A stretch of 64,000 bases of DNA from Deltaproteobacteria bacterium (GTDB taxonomy: Bacteria; Desulfobacterota; Desulfuromonadia; Desulfuromonadales; BM103): contig VAUL01000005.1 of assembly GCA_005774545.1 (NCBI GenBank), positions 11,489-75,488 on the forward strand. Direction: 5' to 3'. The notes under the pieces are model-generated. The model did not search any database. It saw only the letters and a program-made list of their open reading frames with translations, and was not told the DNA's origin. The translations under genes were made by a program, and so were the position numbers. Shown piece after piece: positions 47,948 to 55,191 of this stretch. The number at the start of each line of letters is the position of its first letter. Position 1 is the first letter of the stretch.

Positions 47948-48649
47948 TCACCCCCCCGCCAGCACCATCAGCAACGGCAGCAGAATGGTCGTCGCCAGGC
48001 CGTTGAGCCCGATGGCCAGACCGGCGGCGGTGCCGGCTAGGCGGTCGATCTCCAGCATGCGCGCCGTACCGATGCCGTGAGCCGCGGTGCCGACCGCCAA
48101 CCCCGCCGCCAACGGGGTGCGGATGCCGACGAGCCTGCAGAATTCCGCGCCGCACAGCGCACCGAGACAGCCGGTCATCACCACCACCGGCGCGGTCAGG
48201 GCCGGGATGGCGCTGATCCGCTCCGCGATCCCGATGGCAATCGGCGCGGTCACCGACTTGGGCGCCACCGAAACGATCACGTCACGACTCCCGCCGAGCA
48301 ACCAGGCAATGCCGCAGGCCGAGACGATCGATGCCAGCGAACCGGCAGCAATGCCGCAGAGGATGGCAGCCTTGCGCCGCCACAGTTCGAGGCGCCGCTG
48401 GTAGAGCGGCACGGCCAGGGCCACCACCGCCGGACCGAGAAGGAACGTGATCAGGTCGCCGCCGCGGGCATAGGATCGGTAGGGGATGCCGGTTACCAGA
48501 AGGAACGCGATGATGCTCAGGATCGCCACCAGCACGGGGTTCAGCCAGACGCTGCCGGTGCGGCGGTAGAGTGCGTGGGCGAGGGCGAAAGCCGCCAGGG
48601 TCAGGGCAACCCCGAACAGCGGCAGGGCCGTCAGCTCATTCACCGGCAT
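47948..48649 (-). CDS. lrgB: LrgB/CidB family membrane protein
   Basis: 233 aa polytopic protein; PKSVT.PIA..I.......P.L.A.....G..GA and TA.HG.GTAR motifs. Confidence 0.88.
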   Translation of the reverse strand: MPVNELTALPLFGVALTLAAFALAHALYRRTGSVWLNPVLVAILSIIAFLLVTGIPYRSYARGGDLITFLLGPAVVALAVPLYQRRLELWRRKAAILCGIAAGSLASIVSACGIAWLLGGSRDVIVSVAPKSVTAPIAIGIAERISAIPALTAPVVVMTGCLGALCGAEFCRLVGIRTPLAAGLAVGTAAHGIGTARMLEIDRLAGTAAGLAIGLNGLATTILLPLLMVLAGG

Positions 48650-48998
48650 CCTCCGCGGCCGGCTTCGCCCCGGCCAGCGCCTGCGTCACATGGCCGGTGA
48701 CGGCGATGACTACGAAGGTGCTCAGCACGGTCGCCGCGACGATGGGCAGCCATTCGCGGGCAAGCAGGTCGAAGTAGAGCATCACGCCGACCCCGACCGG
48801 CACGAACAGCAGCGCCATGTGCGACAGCACCAGCTCGGCAGCCTCCGTCACCCACTCCAGCCGGACCAGGCCGAGCATCAGCGCAACCAGCAGCAGGGCC
48901 ATGCCGAGGACATTCCCCGGGATCGGCCAGGCCGCGGCGCGAACGCTCAGTTCACCGGCCAGCTGAAACGACAGCAGCACCGCGAAGCCGCGGATCAT
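48636..48998 (-). CDS. lrgA: CidA/LrgA holin-like protein
   Basis: About 120 aa with 4 TM helices; F.VLL.FQ..GE.......PIPG.V.GM.LL...L; overlaps lrgB by 14 nt. Start ATG 48996-48998 shares an ATGA overlap with the upstream TPR gene stop. Confidence 0.85.
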   Translation of the reverse strand: MIRGFAVLLSFQLAGELSVRAAAWPIPGNVLGMALLLVALMLGLVRLEWVTEAAELVLSHMALLFVPVGVGVMLYFDLLAREWLPIVAATVLSTFVVIAVTGHVTQALAGAKPAAEDAGE

Positions 48999-49780
48999 AG
49001 CTCCTCGCGCAACCCCTCGATCAGCGCCGCCACCTCGTCGCGAATCTCCTTGGACGACGGCCCCTGCTCCAGGCTGAGGAACTTCTGGAAGCACTGCACC
49101 GCCTCCTGCACCTGCTCCTGGTCGAGGCAGATGTTGCCGAGGGTCAGCCAGGCGAAACCGAAGCGCGGATCGCGGCGGATCGCCTCGCGACAGCGCGACT
49201 CGGCGGCCATGAGATCACCGTTGTCGTAGAGGAACTCGGCCAGGTTGAAGTGGCCCTGGGGATCGTCCGGATCGAGTTCCAGGGCTTTTTCGAAGCACTT
49301 GCGCGCCTCGTCGACCTCCCCCTTGGCAAAGCAGGCGTCCCCGAGGGAGTGCCAGGCGAAGACCGAGTCCGGCTCGAGCGTCAGCGCCTTTCGATAGCAC
49401 TGCTCGGCCTGGTCGATCCGCTCCTGGTGAAAGTGCACCAGGCCGAGGCTGACGAGGGCGTCGGCATCTTCCGGGTCGCGCTCGACGATCGTCTGGTAGG
49501 CGGCCCGGGCCCGCTCCGGAAAGCCCGCCTCGAAACAGGCATCGCCGAGGGCGCTGAGCACATCCAGATCCTCGGGGAGCCGGCGGCTGGCCTCCTCCAG
49601 CACCTTCAGCCCATCGGGGAGCCGCCCGGCATCGACCAGCGCCTCGCCGTACAGGGCCTGCACCTCGCCGTGATCCGGGTGCTTCGCCGCCAGGGACCGC
49701 AGCAGCTTGACCGCCTCGCCGGGATCGCCGTTCTCCAGCGCCTCACGCGCCAGGCCAAGCATGACTTCAAGATTGTGCAT
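48995..49780 (-). CDS. tetratricopeptide repeat protein
   Basis: 261 aa of successive TPR units (A...Y......P....A...LG..Y...G....A...F.KAL.L.P). Confidence 0.8.
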   Translation of the reverse strand: MHNLEVMLGLAREALENGDPGEAVKLLRSLAAKHPDHGEVQALYGEALVDAGRLPDGLKVLEEASRRLPEDLDVLSALGDACFEAGFPERARAAYQTIVERDPEDADALVSLGLVHFHQERIDQAEQCYRKALTLEPDSVFAWHSLGDACFAKGEVDEARKCFEKALELDPDDPQGHFNLAEFLYDNGDLMAAESRCREAIRRDPRFGFAWLTLGNICLDQEQVQEAVQCFQKFLSLEQGPSSKEIRDEVAALIEGLREEL

Positions 49781-49782
49781 GT

Positions 49783-51090
49783 TCACTCTCCTTCGCCCCG
49801 TTCCAGGGCCAGCGTCTCCAGCATGTCCCACAGTCCCCAGGGCTCGGCCGGGACGATCTCCACCCGGACACCGAGCTGCCGTTCCAGCTCGTCGACGGTC
49901 ATGTCGTCGAGCAGCATCTCCGTCCCCTCGCGCAAAAGCACATCAGGGAGCAGCACCGCGGCGCCCAACGGGCGGGCAGCGAGGGCCGCGACGATGTCGC
50001 GCCCGGTAAGCAGCCCGGTGACGGTGACATGCCCGCCGAAAAAATGGTTGGGGACGGCCGCCACGTCGAGCGGCACGCCGCATTTTGCCGCCAGGGCCGC
50101 GCAGAAGTCGCGCAGCTCGCCGGCAGCCGACTCGCCGGTCACCACGGTGAGCGGAGGCAGAGCGAGGGGGGAGACCTGCGCCAGAACCTCGGCGGCCCTG
50201 GCACGGAACTGCGCCACGAGGCCGACGCCGTTCTCCAGCTGCGGCAGATCCTCATACTCTTGCAGCGGCGGGAAATCCCGCCCGGCGGCGAGGTAAATTT
50301 CGTCGGCCGCATAGAGGAAGCGGCGGCCGAGGCGTTCCAGGCAGTCGCGCTGGCGGGCATGCACCCAGTCGACCAGCGTCCGCGCCTCTTCCGGCGAAAG
50401 GGGGCGCAGCTCGGGCAGCCGCTGCCGATAGCCGGTCAGGCCGACGGGAACGATGGCCAGCGACGCGAGCCCCGGCGCCAGCGCCGTCAGGTCGCGGCAG
50501 GTGGCCTCCAGCGCCGCACCGTCGTTGATGCCGGGGCAGACGACGATCTGGGCGTGCAGTTCGATTCCGCCGCCGACCAGCCGGCGCATGATCTCGAGAA
50601 TTGACGGTCCCCGGCGGCCGAGCAGCCGTTCGCGCAGCTGTTCGTCGGTCGCATGCACCGACACGTAGAGCGGTGAAAGCCGCTGTGCCAGGATGCGCTG
50701 CAGGGCCGCTTCGTCGATGTTGCTCAGCGTCACGTAGGCGCCGTAGAGGTAGGAGAAGCGGTAGTCCTCGTCCTTGACGTAAAGCGACCGGCGCATTCCC
50801 GGCGGCAGCTGATGGACGAAGCAGAAGATGCAGTTGTTGCCGCACTGGTCGGGCTCCGGGTGCGGCAGGACGATACCGAGCGGTTCCTCGGCGTCCTTTT
50901 CGATCTCCACCTCCCACAGCTCGCCATCGCTGCGCTCGACTTCGATCAACAGCTCCTCGACATTGCCGAGCAACTGGTAATCGAGGAGGTCACGGACCGG
51001 TTCGCCGTTAAGCGCCAGCAGCCGGTCACCGGACTTCAGGCCGAGTTCTTCGGCGATGCTCCCCGGTTCGATATCAACGATTTCCAGCAT
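49783..51090 (-). CDS. DUF512 protein (N-terminal PDZ plus radical-SAM-like core)
   Basis: PDZ-like I..IEPGSIAEELGLKSGDRLLALNGEPV, then CGNNCIFCFVHQLP......LY.KDEDYR.S.L.G..VTL. Confidence 0.8.
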   Translation of the reverse strand: MLEIVDIEPGSIAEELGLKSGDRLLALNGEPVRDLLDYQLLGNVEELLIEVERSDGELWEVEIEKDAEEPLGIVLPHPEPDQCGNNCIFCFVHQLPPGMRRSLYVKDEDYRFSYLYGAYVTLSNIDEAALQRILAQRLSPLYVSVHATDEQLRERLLGRRGPSILEIMRRLVGGGIELHAQIVVCPGINDGAALEATCRDLTALAPGLASLAIVPVGLTGYRQRLPELRPLSPEEARTLVDWVHARQRDCLERLGRRFLYAADEIYLAAGRDFPPLQEYEDLPQLENGVGLVAQFRARAAEVLAQVSPLALPPLTVVTGESAAGELRDFCAALAAKCGVPLDVAAVPNHFFGGHVTVTGLLTGRDIVAALAARPLGAAVLLPDVLLREGTEMLLDDMTVDELERQLGVRVEIVPAEPWGLWDMLETLALERGEGE

Positions 51091-51193
51091 GTCGCGTTCT
51101 TGGTTGCCGCGTTAAAACGCGAAGGCCCCTCGCAGGGCGGCAGCCGCCGGCGAGGGACCTCCATGGCATGGCGATGGGTTGTTCCGCGGGCGC

Positions 51194-51427
51194 TCAGTCA
51201 CGTCCGCCGTGCAGGCGGAAATTGCCATCCGTCGAGGTAATCGAGGCAATGGCGTGCTTGTAGAGGAGCAGGTCGCCGCTGCTGTCGACCAGCACGCAGA
51301 AGCTGTCGAACGACTTGACATACCCCTGGAGCTTGTCGCCGGACATCATGAGGATCGTGACATGCACCCGTTCCTTGCGCGCCTGGTTCAGATACTGATC
51401 CTGAATGTTGAATGGGGATTTGGCCAT
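51194..51427 (-). CDS. hfq: RNA chaperone Hfq
   Basis: IQD.YLN.ARKE...V.I.......L.G.V..FD.F.VL........LLYKHAIS.I. Confidence 0.95.
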   Translation of the reverse strand: MAKSPFNIQDQYLNQARKERVHVTILMMSGDKLQGYVKSFDSFCVLVDSSGDLLLYKHAIASITSTDGNFRLHGGRD

Positions 51428-51444
51428 GATACCGCTCCTTTAGG

Positions 51445-52374
51445 TCATGCATCATAAAATTCGGCAATCAACGCCTGAATTCTATCAGAGTCTGTTGCGG
51501 GGTCAACCCAAATCATTTCCGCATCGCCGCGGAACCATGTCAGCTGACGCTTGGCATAGCGGCGGGTCGCCTGCTGCAAGCGGACAAGGGACTCCTCGCG
51601 GGCGAGCCTCCCGGCGAGGCACTCGATCGCTTCGCGGTAACCGATGGTCTGCAGCGTCTTCAGCTGCGGATCGTAACCGGCTGCCAGCAAAGCCTGCGTC
51701 TCCTCGACCAGGCCGCCGGCGAACATGGCCGCGGCACGGGCATCGATCCGGCGGTAGAGTTCGTCGCGCGGCGGGGCCAGGGCGATCTTCAGGAGGCGGT
51801 AGCGCCGGGCGCGAAAGCCGTGGTCGCGCTGCCAGGCGGAGAGTGGTCGTCCGGTCAGTTCAAAGACTTCCAGCGCGCGGATGATCCGCACCCGGTCGCG
51901 CACCGCCAGCCGAGCCGCCGATTCGGGATCGATCTCGCCCAGTCGCCGATGCAGAACGGCGACACCCTCCTGATGCGCCAGTGCCTCGAAATGCCGGCGC
52001 ACCCCGGGGTCCGCTGCGGGGGCCGCGACGAGCCCCTCGGTCAGGGCCCGGATGTACAGCCCGGTGCCGCCGACCAGCAACGGCAGGCGGCCGCGGGAGC
52101 GGATGCCGTCGATGGAAGCGGTGGCCATATCAACGAAGCGTGCCGCGTCGAACGGCTCGTCGGGCCAGGCGACATCGATCAGGTGGTGCGGAATACAGCC
52201 GCGTTCAGCGGCCGTCGGCTTGGCCGTCCCAATGTCCATCAGCCGGTAAACCTGGCGGGAATCCGCCGAGACCACCTCCAGGGGGAAGCGCGACGCCAGC
52301 GCCAGTGCCGCGGCGGTTTTGCCGGAGGCCGTCGGCCCGCACAGCGCCGCCAGACGCGGAAGAGCCCCGTTCAT
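51445..52374 (-). CDS. miaA: tRNA dimethylallyltransferase
   Basis: GPTASGKT..A..LA.......VS.DS.QVYR.MDIGTAKP......PHHLID; mutL-miaA-hfq synteny. Confidence 0.93.
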   Translation of the reverse strand: MNGALPRLAALCGPTASGKTAAALALASRFPLEVVSADSRQVYRLMDIGTAKPTAAERGCIPHHLIDVAWPDEPFDAARFVDMATASIDGIRSRGRLPLLVGGTGLYIRALTEGLVAAPAADPGVRRHFEALAHQEGVAVLHRRLGEIDPESAARLAVRDRVRIIRALEVFELTGRPLSAWQRDHGFRARRYRLLKIALAPPRDELYRRIDARAAAMFAGGLVEETQALLAAGYDPQLKTLQTIGYREAIECLAGRLAREESLVRLQQATRRYAKRQLTWFRGDAEMIWVDPATDSDRIQALIAEFYDA

Positions 52375-52375
52375 C

Positions 52376-54169
52376 TCAGCCCCGGTGGAAGAAACGTTCG
52401 ATCTCGCTGCGCCCCAGGCGCCGGATCACCGGCCGGCCATGCGGGCAGTGACTGCCGAAATCGATGGCCGCCAGTTCGCCGAGCAGCGCCTCCATTTCGG
52501 GTCGGGCGAGAGGCTGATGGGCGCGGATCATGGCATGGCAGGCCAGGCGCATGAGGACCTGGTCGACAGCCGCATCCAGGGTGGTCCCCCTCCCGATCTG
52601 CGCCAGCTCTTCGGCCATGTCCAGGACCAGTTGCCCGGCATCGGCACCGGCCAGCAGCTGGGGAATGGCCAGCAGGCTGAAGGAGCGGCCGCCGAACGCT
52701 TCGAGTTCGAAGCCGAGCCGGGCAAAATCGTCGAGGCGCTCGGCGACGACGGCAGCCTGGCGGTGGTCGCATTCGATGACCAGCGGGAAGAGCAGGCGCT
52801 GGCGCTCGATCCCCGCCGCCTGCAGCTGGCGGCGCAGCTTCTCGAAACCGATCCGTTCGTGGGCGGCATGCTGATCGACCAGCAGCAGATCCTCGCCGGC
52901 CTGGCAGACGAGATAGCTGTTGAGGTACTGACCGATGACCCGCCATCCGTCCGGCAGGCGCGGCACTGTCGGCGCCGATGCCGGCTCCGGAAAGACCAGG
53001 GCCTCCCCCTTCCCGCCCGGGCGCACCGCCGGCGGCACGACCGCGTCCTTGCGGCTGCCGTAGGCGGCCAGCGCTTCCTGAACGCCGGTTCGGGCGGCAA
53101 AGGCCGGGTCAGGGGGTGCGGCAACCGGCACCCCGAGGGGCACGGATACCGGCGGCGGCGCGGCGGCGGCCAGGTTCTCGCCCAGCAGGCGGGTACGCAC
53201 CGCATTGGCGACGAAGTCGTGGATCTTCTGCTGCTCGCGGAAGCGCACCTCATGCTTGGTGGGATGAACGTTCACATCGACCATCTCCGGAGGGAGGTCG
53301 AGGAAGAGCACCGCCACCGGGTAGCGCCGCTTCTCCAGCAGCGTGCGGTAGGCCTCGAGGATGGCATGCTGCACCACGCGGTCGCGTACGAAGCGACCGT
53401 TGACATAGGCATAGAGGTGACTGGAGCTGGAACGGTTGACGCGGGGCGAGCCGATCAGGCCGGTCAGCATCTCGCCGCTGCCGGATTCGGCATCGACGGT
53501 CAGCATGTCGGCGGTCAGCGAGCGGCCGAGCAGGGCGTCGGCGCGCTCCTCCAGGCGCTGGTGGCGGTAGGCTTCCAGGTGAGTGCGGCCGTTGTGGGTC
53601 AGGCGGACATGGATGTCGGGACGGGCCAGGGCCAGCCGCACGACGACATCAGCCAGATGGCCGAATTCGGTCTCCTCGCTGCGGAGGAACTTGCGGCGGC
53701 CCGGAGTGTTGAAAAAGAGGTCGCGCACTTCGACCACCGTCCCCGCCGGTGCGCCGACCGCCTCGGCACGGCGCACCGTACCGCCCTCGGCGTAGATCTG
53801 CCAGCCGAGTTCCTGGTCCGGCGTCCGGCTGGTCAGTCGCAGGCGCGCTACCGAAGCGATCGACGGCAGTGCTTCGCCGCGAAAACCGAGGGTATGCAGG
53901 GCGAACAGATCGGCAGAGGAGCCGATCTTGCTGGTGGCATGGCGCTCGAGGGCCAGGAACAGGTCGTCCTTGGCCATGCCGCAGCCGTTGTCGGTAACCC
54001 GGACCAACTGGCGCCCGCCCTGCTCGATCTCGATCAGCAGCTCGCTGGCCCCGGCGTCGATGGCGTTTTCCAGGAGCTCCTTGACGACCGAAGCCGGGCG
54101 TTCGACGACTTCGCCGGCGGCGATCTGGTTGGCCAGCTGCTCGGGGAGGATGCGGATCTTCGGGCTCAT
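52376..54169 (-). CDS. mutL: DNA mismatch repair protein MutL
   Basis: I..LP..LANQIAAGEVVERPASVVKELLENAIDAGA...I.I..GG...I.V.DNG.GM. The C-terminal dimerisation domain has QHAAHERI. Confidence 0.95.
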   Translation of the reverse strand: MSPKIRILPEQLANQIAAGEVVERPASVVKELLENAIDAGASELLIEIEQGGRQLVRVTDNGCGMAKDDLFLALERHATSKIGSSADLFALHTLGFRGEALPSIASVARLRLTSRTPDQELGWQIYAEGGTVRRAEAVGAPAGTVVEVRDLFFNTPGRRKFLRSEETEFGHLADVVVRLALARPDIHVRLTHNGRTHLEAYRHQRLEERADALLGRSLTADMLTVDAESGSGEMLTGLIGSPRVNRSSSSHLYAYVNGRFVRDRVVQHAILEAYRTLLEKRRYPVAVLFLDLPPEMVDVNVHPTKHEVRFREQQKIHDFVANAVRTRLLGENLAAAAPPPVSVPLGVPVAAPPDPAFAARTGVQEALAAYGSRKDAVVPPAVRPGGKGEALVFPEPASAPTVPRLPDGWRVIGQYLNSYLVCQAGEDLLLVDQHAAHERIGFEKLRRQLQAAGIERQRLLFPLVIECDHRQAAVVAERLDDFARLGFELEAFGGRSFSLLAIPQLLAGADAGQLVLDMAEELAQIGRGTTLDAAVDQVLMRLACHAMIRAHQPLARPEMEALLGELAAIDFGSHCPHGRPVIRRLGRSEIERFFHRG

Positions 54170-54204
54170 CGGCTGTCGTTCCGGATCAGGGGGGACAAAG
54201 AGTG

Positions 54205-54235
54205 CAAACAGAAACGGCCGGGCAACCCGGCCGTT
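54205..54235 (-). terminator. terminator hairpin after the ExeA-like gene
   Basis: Stem AACGGCCGGG/CCCGGCCGTT with a 3-nt loop, followed on the minus strand by TCTGTTTG. Confidence 0.5.
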
Positions 54236-54255
54236 GCGTTTCGGACTACTGCCGG

Positions 54256-55158
54256 CTACTGGCGCTGCTCCAGGCGGTCGAGCATGTTCTCGATTTCGCC
54301 GAGGTCATCACGCACCTGGCGCTGCGGCGCCTCAACCAGCGGCCGCTGCAGCAGGCCGAGATCACCGGCCACGCTGTGTACGATGGTCGGATCGACTTCG
54401 GACTGCTTGCGCAGGAACGCCTCGAACAGGCAGTTGTCGCAGACCGTGTTGATCAGGCGCGGCACCCCGCCGGCATAGCGGTGGATCAGCGGGATCGAGT
54501 CGGGGGTGAAGAGCATGCGCTTGGCTCCCGCGACCTGCAGCCGGTGCTTGATGTAGGAGGTGGTGGTCTCGACGGTCATCGACTTGAGGTGATATTTGAC
54601 CGCGACCCGCTGCGCCAGGGGCTCGTCGAGAGCCAGGCAGTCCTCGACTTCGGGAAGCCCGAAAAACACGATGTTGAGAAGTTTCTTTCCCGGAATTTCG
54701 AGATTGAGCAACCCGCGGAACTCTTCCATGAGTTCACGGCTGTGCAGCATCTGCGCCTCGTCGATCAGCACCACGGCCCGACGCCCTTCCTGTTCGATCT
54801 CCAGCAGGCGGGTATAAAGCTGCTTGAGCAGCTTGAGACGATCGCCGGCCGGCTCGGGAACCCGCAGCTGCAGGGCGATCCGGGTCAGGATCCATTCGGT
54901 GGTGATGGTCGAGTGAATGATGACCAGCAGGGACGACTCGTAGCGCTCCTCGGGGAGGCTGTCGAGCATCCGCCGGGCCAGCGTGGTCTTGCCGGTGCCG
55001 ACGCCGCCGACGAGCACGGCCAGCCCCTTGTTGGAATCAACCGCATACATCAGGCGGATCAGTGCTTCGCTGTGCTGGGCGGTATTGAAGTAGAAGCGCG
55101 CATCCGGGGCATTGGAAAACGGCTCCCGGTCCATGCCGTAATGTTCGACGTAGCTCAT
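54256..55158 (-). CDS. ExeA/MshM-like AAA ATPase
   Basis: Y..H.G....PF...PD..F.F....H.EAL..L......G...L.G..GTGKTTL.R..L......LIDEAQ.L....LE..R.L.N......L..V..G.PEL. Confidence 0.85.
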   Translation of the reverse strand: MSYVEHYGMDREPFSNAPDARFYFNTAQHSEALIRLMYAVDSNKGLAVLVGGVGTGKTTLARRMLDSLPEERYESSLLVIIHSTITTEWILTRIALQLRVPEPAGDRLKLLKQLYTRLLEIEQEGRRAVVLIDEAQMLHSRELMEEFRGLLNLEIPGKKLLNIVFFGLPEVEDCLALDEPLAQRVAVKYHLKSMTVETTTSYIKHRLQVAGAKRMLFTPDSIPLIHRYAGGVPRLINTVCDNCLFEAFLRKQSEVDPTIVHSVAGDLGLLQRPLVEAPQRQVRDDLGEIENMLDRLEQRQ

Positions 55159-55191
55159 TGCGCTCCTTCTCCGCCAGAAGATGACAGCATG

